Positions 15,732-23,847 of a DNA stretch of 32,000 nucleotides are shown piece after piece. The position numbers and the translations under genes are program-made. Position 1 is the stretch's first letter. Every line of letters begins with the position of its first letter. The DNA is taken from NCBI GenBank assembly GCA_025340205.1, contig CP006868.1, positions 1,080,001-1,112,000 on the forward strand, in the 5' to 3' direction. Below the pieces are notes generated by a model. It was not told where the DNA came from, searched no databases, and saw only the letters and a list, made by a program, of their open reading frames with translations. This DNA comes from Ignicoccus pacificus DSM 13166. Its GTDB lineage: Archaea > Thermoproteota > Thermoprotei_A > Sulfolobales > Ignicoccaceae.

Positions 15732-18299
15732 GTGGAGGAGCTCTTAAGGGGCCTCGAGGAGGCACTTGGAGAGAGCCGCTTTAAGCTAGTAAAGGGAAAG
15801 AGGCGAATGGAAAGCTTACCTGACGTCGTGGTAACGGCGTTCCATCACTTCGGAGCGGTCGCCTTAGCCGCTGCGAAGCTATGCACAGTGCTCGAAGACT
15901 TGGGAATCCTCCCAGAGGGTTCTTGGGAGGAGTGCTTTTGGGCAGGGGCAGTTCATGATTATGAAAAAGTACTGGAAGCTGACGTGCTCGAGAGGATATC
16001 GGAGATCTCCAGCATTCCTAGGGAAAGACTCGATCTCTTGGCCTCCTGTACAGAGGCGGGGTATGCCGTTGACCGAAGGACCAGAGTGACGTGTTATGTC
16101 TTGATGCTTTCGGATTATTGGGCCTCTCAGAGGTCCTTGACCAGCTACTTACCCTCCGACAAAAGATATCTCACCGCCTTGAAGGCCCTAGAAAGGCAAG
16201 GTCTTAGGATCATTCCCGTATACTCCGGCATGCCTAGAGCGATAATGGCAGCGTCTTCTGAGGATCTAGTGAAGTTGTTCTCGGATAAGGGGTGGTTGGT
16301 GCTATTCTCTTATGCAGACGGACTGCTGCTGGTCGGAGACAAGAGCTCTGAAGACGTGAGCAGAGAAGAGATAGCCGAGATATTGCTAAAGGTCATGAAA
16401 ACTTCTCTTGAGGGAGGGGAGGCGCAGAAGCAAACCATGGAAAAGTCATTGAGTCCTTTTAAGAAATTAGCAACGCGCGTGGAGGAATTAGAAGGACTAA
16501 GTAAGGAGGAGCTCAGAAAGGAATTCCATAGCATAACAACTGGTAAGGGCGAAAAGAAGGATATAGTACCTATACTGGCGATAGCTTACGAGAAAGGCTA
16601 TGAGGACCTCGTTAACGAGATTAGGGAGTACGTACTTAAGAATAAAAAGAAGTTGCAAGTAAGAGCGCTCATAGGCAACCCTTACTATTTCGAAAACGTG
16701 ATTAAGCAAGGACTAGTCGAACAATTCTTAGAAGAAGTGAGGAACTCGGAGAGCCCTGTGAAGGAATCCTTACTAGCTATGGCCCTTACCTTCTACAGTA
16801 AGAATAAGATCTATAAAAACGTTGAGAAGTTGTTGGATAGTAGATTGAAGGAACTCCAAACCAAGAAGTACTACACGCCTTTAGTGTTTGCCGAAGTCCT
16901 TGGAATACTCCTCAAGAGACCTGAGCTCCTCGAAAAGAGCATTGAGGAGTTGGGGAAGGAGAGCAAAGAGGACACAGGTTTAAGGGCCTTTGCGAAGTAC
17001 TTGGCATGCAACGCCTTCTCCTCTCCCATACTGAAAGGGAAGTGTGATCTACCCAAAGAAGTAGGAAGATGCTATATATGCGGCGCTCCGATATACTCGA
17101 AGACCTTCACCTTCTCCAGCTACTTCACCTACGCCTTCGGTTCTAAGGGAGGTGTAGAAATATACACTCCTCGCCAGAAACCCTTTGTAAGCATAGATAG
17201 CGGCCAAAGATACGCGAAGGAAAGATACATCTGTCCAGCATGCGCCTTTGAGGGTACGTTGCTCAACTACAAGCTCAGCTCTCCCTTCGCTGCCTTTGCC
17301 GTTCATCCATCTACCTCGGTGGACCTTATGAAGTACATGATAAAGAAAATGAAGCCAGTAGTCAGATCCACGCTCTTCGACCTCTGCAGAGGTAGAGTTG
17401 AGGAAGAAGGAAAGGGAGAGGAACCCTTGATAGATTATGCTCACGCTTTAGCGTTGCTCAAGATAGAAGGCCTTAAAAAGGATGAGAAGGGTTTTGGAGC
17501 CCATGGAGCAGCCATAGCGAAGTTTCTAGCCATCGCTGGATTCGCCCTAGAAAGGTCTTCAGGAGGTCAAATGGCACTTACTTGGGAAATTCCTCTAAAC
17601 ATGTCCTCCGAGCCCGTCTCCGCCCCTCAGCTTCCAACGTGGCTCGTTCCGATAATAGATTTCTCACTAAGAGAAGGCGACTCCTTGGCCCCTCTGGTCC
17701 ACGTTCTCAAAGCTTGGGCGTACAAGGCATGCATGACAAAGGACAGCAACGAGCTTAGGGAGACCTTCCTAGCTCCAGCTCCCCATACTCTCCTCTTCCT
17801 CTTGACTCCTCCCAAATCGCTAAGGGAGGAGATGTATAAAGATAGAACTAATAAAACGTTTTTTAAGTTCTGGAAACATTATTCTTACATTTTAAAAGAA
17901 GTTTCAGAGGTGGAAAAGCTCTTGAGGGATGAGGATAGACTCCTTCCTAAGCTTTGGAGTTATGCCTACGCTCTAGCTCCAGCCTTCAAGGATAAGAACG
18001 TAAGTAAACATAAAGTTCAAGATCCCTTGAGAACGGCCCTTTACAGATTTGCCGACTACTTAGAGATGGGACTAAACGTCGAGGATGCCATTGAGTTGGC
18101 TTCTTCGGCAGCTCAAGAGGACGCGGAGAGAAGTTTAGGAAACGTGGAGATAAAGGAATCAGTAAAGGGGATTTTGAAGTTTGTTTATAATTACATAAAC
18201 TCAATGAATCCCTCAAAAAGAAGACAGTTTTTCGAGGACATTTTGGATACCGTTTACATTTTCACGAAGAAAGTCGTATTGGGAGGTGAGAAGAAATGA
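15732..18299 (+). CDS. cas10d: CRISPR large subunit with N-terminal HD-like domain (Cas10d-like, type I-D-like)
   Basis: 855 aa. The N-terminus has H38-H39, H75-D76 in HDYEK (compare the Cas3 HD motif HDxGK) and LSDYWAS (compare the last Cas3 HD motif). CxxC...CxxC zinc-ribbon pattern (CYICG at about 17070, CPAC at about 17232). First gene of the effector operon, with an ATGA overlap onto cas7. No separate cas3'' or small-subunit gene is present. Confidence 0.6.
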   Translation: MEELLRGLEEALGESRFKLVKGKRRMESLPDVVVTAFHHFGAVALAAAKLCTVLEDLGILPEGSWEECFWAGAVHDYEKVLEADVLERISEISSIPRERLDLLASCTEAGYAVDRRTRVTCYVLMLSDYWASQRSLTSYLPSDKRYLTALKALERQGLRIIPVYSGMPRAIMAASSEDLVKLFSDKGWLVLFSYADGLLLVGDKSSEDVSREEIAEILLKVMKTSLEGGEAQKQTMEKSLSPFKKLATRVEELEGLSKEELRKEFHSITTGKGEKKDIVPILAIAYEKGYEDLVNEIREYVLKNKKKLQVRALIGNPYYFENVIKQGLVEQFLEEVRNSESPVKESLLAMALTFYSKNKIYKNVEKLLDSRLKELQTKKYYTPLVFAEVLGILLKRPELLEKSIEELGKESKEDTGLRAFAKYLACNAFSSPILKGKCDLPKEVGRCYICGAPIYSKTFTFSSYFTYAFGSKGGVEIYTPRQKPFVSIDSGQRYAKERYICPACAFEGTLLNYKLSSPFAAFAVHPSTSVDLMKYMIKKMKPVVRSTLFDLCRGRVEEEGKGEEPLIDYAHALALLKIEGLKKDEKGFGAHGAAIAKFLAIAGFALERSSGGQMALTWEIPLNMSSEPVSAPQLPTWLVPIIDFSLREGDSLAPLVHVLKAWAYKACMTKDSNELRETFLAPAPHTLLFLLTPPKSLREEMYKDRTNKTFFKFWKHYSYILKEVSEVEKLLRDEDRLLPKLWSYAYALAPAFKDKNVSKHKVQDPLRTALYRFADYLEMGLNVEDAIELASSAAQEDAERSLGNVEIKESVKGILKFVYNYINSMNPSKRRQFFEDILDTVYIFTKKVVLGGEKK

Positions 18300-19366
18300 G
18301 CGCGCAAGGGCTTCTGTCTAATATTCTAGATGTCAACTATAATGATATCAAAAAGTTCTTGGTTCCCAAGGAGAGGGTGGACCCAAGCTTAGCTCTTCCA
18401 AGGGGCAGAACGGTGAACGTTTGGGTGTTAATTGAAGCACAAAACGAGTTGCTGATAAGGCACGAAGGAGTAGACGACGTAACCGAGTTCGAGGTAAACG
18501 GAATAACCGTTCCCGGGATACTCAACACCAAGTTCCAAGCCGTTCAGAGAAGACAGATGCTGAGGACTCTCTACTCGTTTAAGGACCTTCACCCTGAAGA
18601 GCTCGATAAGCTTTACTCCTTAGCAAAGAAGTACAATGTGAGCAACGCCGAGAACCTAAAGGACTGGAAATGCTACCTGACGCCCGGAACCCCTAGCAAG
18701 AGCAAGCAGCAAGAGGAGATAATGAAAGGAGGCTACTGTACCATATGTCCTAATTGTATGATCTACGGCTACGTGGCGGGAGAGAGCGGAACGTATAACG
18801 TGAAGTCGAGAGTGGAAGGCGATGCTTACTTCGGCCTTTGTCCCAGCAAGCTCTGCGTCACCAGAAGAACGTTCAATGCAGTAGATGATGTTACTAAGAC
18901 TACATATATGGAAGGAGGTACCACGGGAGCCCTCTTCCAGCTCAGCTTGGTGGAGCCGGGAACGCTCTTCGTGGGAAAGGTGGCTCTCAGGGACATGAGT
19001 CCGGCTGAACTATTGTTGGTCCTCCATTCGATAGCTAAGGTAGATAGAATCGGAGGGAGAGTAACGCATTTCGGAAAGGTCAAGGTTCACGTACCAGCCA
19101 TTACCTTCGATTACTTTGAGAAGGGTTCAGGCTATGAGGTAGCGAAGGCCTTAGTGGGCGACAAGAAGGTTGATCTGGAAGAGGCTATAAATAAGGTAGT
19201 CGAGATGGCAAAGGGCGAAGTGAAGATAACGAAGAGAGATCTCGCAGACGAGCTTAGGAACATAGAAGAGGGAGATCTAATGGAGACGGTCAAGGAAGCG
19301 TGGAGAGATGCTATCACCTTCAAGGCCTCAATAGAAGCTCTTATATATGGAGGCAAGGGGAGATGA
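18296..19366 (+). CDS. cas7: Cas7 family backbone subunit (Csc2-like)
   Basis: 356 aa, placed between the large subunit and cas5. Central Cys cluster CTICPNC, and a glycine-rich C-terminal RAMP-like segment (VDRIGGRVTHFGKVKV). The subfamily call rests on context and recollection of Csc2 features, not on an alignment. Confidence 0.65.
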   Translation: MSAQGLLSNILDVNYNDIKKFLVPKERVDPSLALPRGRTVNVWVLIEAQNELLIRHEGVDDVTEFEVNGITVPGILNTKFQAVQRRQMLRTLYSFKDLHPEELDKLYSLAKKYNVSNAENLKDWKCYLTPGTPSKSKQQEEIMKGGYCTICPNCMIYGYVAGESGTYNVKSRVEGDAYFGLCPSKLCVTRRTFNAVDDVTKTTYMEGGTTGALFQLSLVEPGTLFVGKVALRDMSPAELLLVLHSIAKVDRIGGRVTHFGKVKVHVPAITFDYFEKGSGYEVAKALVGDKKVDLEEAINKVVEMAKGEVKITKRDLADELRNIEEGDLMETVKEAWRDAITFKASIEALIYGGKGR

Positions 19367-20025
19367 AGGTCTACCTAGCATCCATGGAGCTCCACGGACC
19401 CCTCTTCTTTTCTTCAGAGACCAAACACGCTCTTACCACGGCCTCCCACTTGCTCGTAGCGCCAAAGGCTATCATAAGTCCCATTCCATTAACTTATGCC
19501 CTTAACAACTTACCTGCAGAGAGGTGGGCTTGGCCCGACTCCCCTCCTTCCTATGAGGGATTGAGAAGGGCGAGAAAGATATTTTATGGAGCATTGCCCT
19601 CTCGAGTCAAGTACAAGAGATTCTTCTTTGCGATGAAAGGATTCAGCTGGGGTGAGTACAGAGGAAAGCCAAAGAGGAACGCTCCCAGGATGGTTACGAT
19701 GGTCGCTTTAGTACCACCGAGTACCTTCAAGAGCGCCATAGTTTCCGAGGACCCCCTCCCCCCAACTCTTTACCTAAGAATAGGGTCTAAGAGAAGCGGA
19801 ATACTGAAGGTGCAGTTAGAGGAAGTGAGACTGGAGAAGTGGGAGGGCACGCTAACTCTCCCTATAACAAGGGAATTTCTAAAGACGTTCGGCTGCAACG
19901 TGAAGAGCTTCACGACGCTGCTGACCACCTTTTCTGGCGAGGAGGTAGGCTTAGCGGAGGTAGAGGGTTGTAAGGTGTATAGAGCTTGCGGGAAGAGAAG
20001 GTGCGAGGTGTTAGCGATACCCTAG
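19363..20025 (+). CDS. cas5: Cas5 family subunit (Csc1-like)
   Basis: The ATG at 19363 overlaps the cas7 stop (ATGA). N-terminus MKVYLASMELHGPLFFSSE...PIPLTYALNN fits the Cas5/Csc1 style. The ORF-track start at 19300 lies inside cas7 and was rejected. Confidence 0.6.
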   Translation: MKVYLASMELHGPLFFSSETKHALTTASHLLVAPKAIISPIPLTYALNNLPAERWAWPDSPPSYEGLRRARKIFYGALPSRVKYKRFFFAMKGFSWGEYRGKPKRNAPRMVTMVALVPPSTFKSAIVSEDPLPPTLYLRIGSKRSGILKVQLEEVRLEKWEGTLTLPITREFLKTFGCNVKSFTTLLTTFSGEEVGLAEVEGCKVYRACGKRRCEVLAIP

Positions 20026-21968
20026 TTGTAGGACCGACCACCGTCGCGGAAGGCGACGAAGAGCTCGTCTTAGGAAAGCTAAGGATCAAGTTGAGGAAGT
20101 TCCAAGAGGAGGTCAAGCGAACCAAGGGAAATGTGGTGATAAAGGCTCCGACGGGCTCCGGAAAGACCTTGACCCTTCTCTTATTTGATGCTGAGAACGC
20201 GGTGGGCGTCTATCCTTCCAGAGCTCTGGTCAACGATCAGTTCGAATCACTTTCCTCTTTATTTAGAAGAGGATGCGAAGAGGAAAGTAAGGGATCTTTG
20301 AAGATATTTGATTGCGATAAGGAAAAGTACGTCCTCTTAAAGATAACATCCGAAAGTTTAGAGGGAAGGGGATGGAAAGCTCTGGAGGGCCTCTGCGAGA
20401 AGGTTTTGGAGCTGAGGGATGAGGGGGCAAAGAGCATAGTGTTTACTGTCCCGGAATATCCCTATTTTCTCCTTAGCGGAGAATACGATAACTTCTATCG
20501 AGTAGGGACGATATTGAAGAGACTTAGCGTTGAGGAGCCGGAGAAGTTGGTCGATAAGATAAGACACTTGAGCAGAGAAGTGGTAGTAAGGAAGGGGTTC
20601 TGCGCCCAACTCTTCTTTGCTCCCAACCTCTTCTTCGATGAGTTTCACGCCTACTCGGGTAAGTCGCTCTACGGAGCTCTAGCCCTCTTGTCCATTTACA
20701 CGTCTCTTCCCTTCATCGAAACTAGGATAGCAATAAGCTCTGCCACGCACACTCCGGAATTCGCTCTTGCCAAGAAGATACTCGAGGAATTCATTACGAT
20801 CGAAGCCCAGAAAGGCGGCCTCGAGGTTCGAGGAAAGACCATCATGAGACTGATGTTTATCAGATCTAGGTGGCCCGGCGTAGCGGCGTTTTCCTACGTT
20901 GAAGACTTAGTTCCCCTAATAGTTAAAGAAAATATACATGAGATAAGAGAAAGGGTTGAAGGAGGAGATAAGGTAGGGATAATCGTAGATAAGATAGCGA
21001 ACGTGTACGAGACCTATAGGGTATTGAAAGAGGGAGGGGTGAAAGACGTCGTCTGCGTTACCTCCCTCTCAGAGGAGCTTGGATGTGGAGGAGATCCGAG
21101 AGAGGCGTCCGTGATAGTCGGAAACGAGGCTATATCGTACGGGATAGATATTAAGGATCTGAACTACGGTCTCGTAACCGCTAAGACTTGGCATCAACTG
21201 GTACAGAGAGTGGGGAGGTTTGGAAGGGGACCGCACAGCTCAGAGCTCATTCTTCCCTATCCTTTAAAGGTCAAGGATCTCTTTAAAAAGAGTTACATGG
21301 AATGGGAGGATTTCGTCGAGCTCAGTAAGAAGATATATCCGAAGAGACCGTTGGATTGGTACGCCGAGAGTGGCTTGGGAGGTCTCAAGCTCAGGAAAGT
21401 ACTCGATATGTACGAACTTACCACTTACATAATGTATCGGGACAAGTTCAAAGCTTCTCAGATATTGAAGAAGGCCTTAACCAGATCGAGAAGGATTCTC
21501 AATGAGGTAAAGGAAAAGGGCGAGCTTCACTTAGGGGCGCTCGCCACCTTCTACTTCTCTTCATTTAGGGGAGCAAGCGATGAGTTGATAATTAAAGCTA
21601 GAAACTTCGAGCTCGAAGACTCTCCAGAAGGACCGAAGATAAACGTGAACAAGCCTGTGAGGGGATATCTGGCCTTAGAGGTGGATGTCGACGAGGAACT
21701 AAAAGAGGTACTCAAGACCTTTGAAGGTAAGGTAATTCAGTTCAACGCGTTCGTGGAGCTCCTAAGCAAGTGGACGCCGAGGATCGTTCAAGTAATAGGC
21801 AAGAATATCAACCCCCTATCCAAGGTAGGACCTAGTAAGGATCCGATCTATGTACTGAGGAGTAATGAGGGCTATCTTAGGTATTTGTTGAGCGTTGAGA
21901 GCGCTGTAGGGTTGGTGTACACGAGAGGGGGCGAGGTGAAGTTACTAGGCGTTTTAGTTAGAGTTTAA
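19986..21968 (+). CDS. cas3: Cas3' superfamily-2 helicase without HD domain
   Basis: Motif I KAPTGSGKT, motif II FFDEFH, motif III SSAT and motif VI QRVGRFGRG. No HD motifs. The start is uncertain (TTG at 19986, overlapping the cas5 end). Confidence 0.85.
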   Translation: MREEKVRGVSDTLVVGPTTVAEGDEELVLGKLRIKLRKFQEEVKRTKGNVVIKAPTGSGKTLTLLLFDAENAVGVYPSRALVNDQFESLSSLFRRGCEEESKGSLKIFDCDKEKYVLLKITSESLEGRGWKALEGLCEKVLELRDEGAKSIVFTVPEYPYFLLSGEYDNFYRVGTILKRLSVEEPEKLVDKIRHLSREVVVRKGFCAQLFFAPNLFFDEFHAYSGKSLYGALALLSIYTSLPFIETRIAISSATHTPEFALAKKILEEFITIEAQKGGLEVRGKTIMRLMFIRSRWPGVAAFSYVEDLVPLIVKENIHEIRERVEGGDKVGIIVDKIANVYETYRVLKEGGVKDVVCVTSLSEELGCGGDPREASVIVGNEAISYGIDIKDLNYGLVTAKTWHQLVQRVGRFGRGPHSSELILPYPLKVKDLFKKSYMEWEDFVELSKKIYPKRPLDWYAESGLGGLKLRKVLDMYELTTYIMYRDKFKASQILKKALTRSRRILNEVKEKGELHLGALATFYFSSFRGASDELIIKARNFELEDSPEGPKINVNKPVRGYLALEVDVDEELKEVLKTFEGKVIQFNAFVELLSKWTPRIVQVIGKNINPLSKVGPSKDPIYVLRSNEGYLRYLLSVESAVGLVYTRGGEVKLLGVLVRV

Positions 21969-22002
21969 ATTTCATAATAGAGCAATGTATTCATGATAGG
22001 CC

Positions 22003-22287
22003 TTGATAGTGGTGGTAGCCTATGACATCTATGACGACTCCCTTCGAGATAAGGCGAGAAGAATGTTGCTCCGCTACGGTCTATCGCGTATCTCCAAATC
22101 CGTTTACGCTGGTCGGATCAACTGGGAGACCGCGAAGGAGATCGCGCAAAAGCTCTCGTGGATACTCAAGGGAGACGATTCGGCAGTGGTTATCCCAGTT
22201 TCTGAAAGAGACTTCCTTCGAGCCCTATCTGTCTCCGAGGGTGTCGTGGCTGAGAGGAGACCCAGAGGGGTCCGTGTCGTGGGCTAG
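22003..22287 (+). CDS. cas2: CRISPR-associated endoribonuclease Cas2
   Basis: 94 aa. N-terminal beta strand (M)IVVVAYDI with the conserved Asp, and a ferredoxin-like size and pattern. TTG/GTG start. Confidence 0.85.
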   Translation: MIVVVAYDIYDDSLRDKARRMLLRYGLSRISKSVYAGRINWETAKEIAQKLSWILKGDDSAVVIPVSERDFLRALSVSEGVVAERRPRGVRVVG

Positions 22288-22870
22288 GATCTTCGACGAC
22301 TTAGAGGTATGTCCCCTGAGAGCCTACTTTTCGGCAATGGGTAAGACGGGATATCTAAGCTACTCGCGAGGAGGGATGGAGTTTCAGAGGAGTGTGATAG
22401 AAGGTGTTAAGGAAACTGTGAGGGACTGGGCGAGAAGGGTCTATGCCGACCCCGGAACGAGAGGTCTGAGAACGAAGTCCCTTGGGATAAAGTTGTGCGC
22501 GAAGCTAGGAGAGATTGTCATTTGCGGAAGGCCCGACGTCGTAGCGCTTTTTGACCATCCAGTAGCCCTCGTAGTCGAGGTAGTTCAGACCTCCAATCCT
22601 AAGAGTGCTTTAAAGAGGAGCTTGATTAGGTTGAACTTCTATTCTCAAGGAATACACGAATTATTCGGTTTCCCAATATCTTTGAGCTTACTTACGCCTT
22701 CTGAAGCCTTGTGGGTGATCGCCGAGAAGGACTTACTTAGCGAGAAGTTAAACGCTCTGGAGAGCGCGCTAGATTATGGGAAGGCAATCGAGATGGCTAA
22801 GAGGAAAAGAAGGGAAGAGACATGCGCGAATTGTATTTACCGGAGAGAATGCAAGATGTCACTCGTATAA
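22274..22870 (+). CDS. cas4: Cas4 (RecB-like nuclease fold with 4-Cys cluster)
   Basis: N-terminal Cys in EVCPLRAYF and three C-terminal Cys in CANCIYRRECK. GRPD motif. Start inferred at the GTG at 22274 (alternative 22241). The first 84 codons of the ORF-track entry (22022-) are an out-of-frame overlap of cas2. Confidence 0.75.
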   Translation: MSWARIFDDLEVCPLRAYFSAMGKTGYLSYSRGGMEFQRSVIEGVKETVRDWARRVYADPGTRGLRTKSLGIKLCAKLGEIVICGRPDVVALFDHPVALVVEVVQTSNPKSALKRSLIRLNFYSQGIHELFGFPISLSLLTPSEALWVIAEKDLLSEKLNALESALDYGKAIEMAKRKRREETCANCIYRRECKMSLV

Positions 22871-23643
22871 AGGTTAAAGTGAACATAACTCCCATCGAAT
22901 TTAACGATTTTACGGGTAAAATTGTCAAGAGTTTCTTGATCTGTGCCGATGAACGCTTCAAGAAGGTGTTCGGAGAAGAGGGTGGATACAAGGAATTCCA
23001 CATAACCCCGCTCTTAGACGAGGAAGGGAGAGCTATATATCCAAGAAAGGTCGTTAAGTGTTCATTTTGCAAAGACAAGAAACCTAAGGGAGAGGGAAGG
23101 GTCAGGATACCCGATGTTGCATATTTCGAGGTGAGTGGAAAGAAGGAATGGTTGACCTCGCTCTTCTCCTATACCTCTTGTTCTCTTTCTATAAAAGGAA
23201 TTAAAATAGATATAGAGAGTGTTGAGGTCGAAGAAGAAGAGATAGAGCTTGGGGATGGGGATGGTATATTTATCAAGTTCCGAGGACCTGCTGTTCTAAG
23301 GGATCCTTGGCACCGCCCGGGAGGGGAACTGCGGAGTCGGTTCCTCCCTTCACCCTCACACTTGTTCTCTACTAATGTTTATTCATTATTTAGGGAAAAA
23401 TACTTCGAAGTACTCATGGAACTTGAAAAAGCGTTGGTGGAAGATCATTCTGCTTTGAACAGCTTAGGAAAGGTGTGGTATTACTATGGAGGCAAGTGGT
23501 TACCCGCCCTAAGCGGAAGCATAATATTCTGGCTAAGAGAGATGAACGATATCGTAAAACATACCTTGCTCCATGCTTCGTACTTCGGAGTAGGATCTGG
23601 TAGAGCCGCTGGCTTCGGAGATATAGTTCTCAACGTCTTTTAG
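22822..23643 (+). CDS. cas6: Cas6 crRNA-processing endoribonuclease
   Basis: C-terminal glycine-rich loop GVGSGRAAGFG. LPSPSHLFSTNVYSLFREKY matches the conserved Cas6 segment. Lies directly upstream of the array 3 leader. The start may be 22849 instead. Confidence 0.8.
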   Translation: MRELYLPERMQDVTRIKVKVNITPIEFNDFTGKIVKSFLICADERFKKVFGEEGGYKEFHITPLLDEEGRAIYPRKVVKCSFCKDKKPKGEGRVRIPDVAYFEVSGKKEWLTSLFSYTSCSLSIKGIKIDIESVEVEEEEIELGDGDGIFIKFRGPAVLRDPWHRPGGELRSRFLPSPSHLFSTNVYSLFREKYFEVLMELEKALVEDHSALNSLGKVWYYYGGKWLPALSGSIIFWLREMNDIVKHTLLHASYFGVGSGRAAGFGDIVLNVF

Positions 23644-23847
23644 TCCCTTCCCGAATCTTCAAGGACCTCCATCCCTCACCTCAAAGTTACTTGACACATA
23701 CCTTACTTTTCCTTTTCCTATTCCATTGCTGTTCGTCTAGGAATATTCAAGGAAGCCTCATCGTAGGGGAGCCTCTAACATCAACCCACCGATCAGTAAC
23801 CTCTTCTTTATAAGGATTACAAGGGAGAAACCCTTGGAAGAGAGACA
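23641..23847 (+). promoter_or_regulatory. leader of CRISPR array 3 (second arm of the 207-bp perfect inverted repeat)
   Basis: Reverse complement of 14501-14707. TATA box TTTATAA at 23807-23813, about 35 nt before the first repeat at 23848. The arm begins on the cas6 stop codon TAG (23641-23643). Confidence 0.85.

Noticed and set aside
19300-19362. Upstream start (19300) for the cas5-like ORF
   Set aside because: This stretch lies within the 3' end of cas7 in another frame. The ATG at 19363 forms an ATGA overlap with the cas7 stop and gives a sensible N-terminus (MKVYLASMEL...).
16310-21000. Antisense ORFs within the cas genes (for example 16310-16534, 17049-17444, 17986-18216, 18826-19083, 19132-19356, 20358-20648)
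   Set aside because: They are shadow ORFs opposite well-supported cas genes, with low-complexity Ser/Leu-rich translations and no start context.
22022-22273. N-terminal 84 codons of the 282-aa ORF overlapping cas2 in another frame (a possible long Cas4 or a cas2-cas4 frameshift fusion)
   Set aside because: The translation is Arg/Ser-rich low complexity (GRPRRRSRKSSRGYSRE), typical of an out-of-frame read of a real gene. The recognisable Cas4 N-terminus (..FDDLEVCPLRAYF) begins right after the GTG at 22274.
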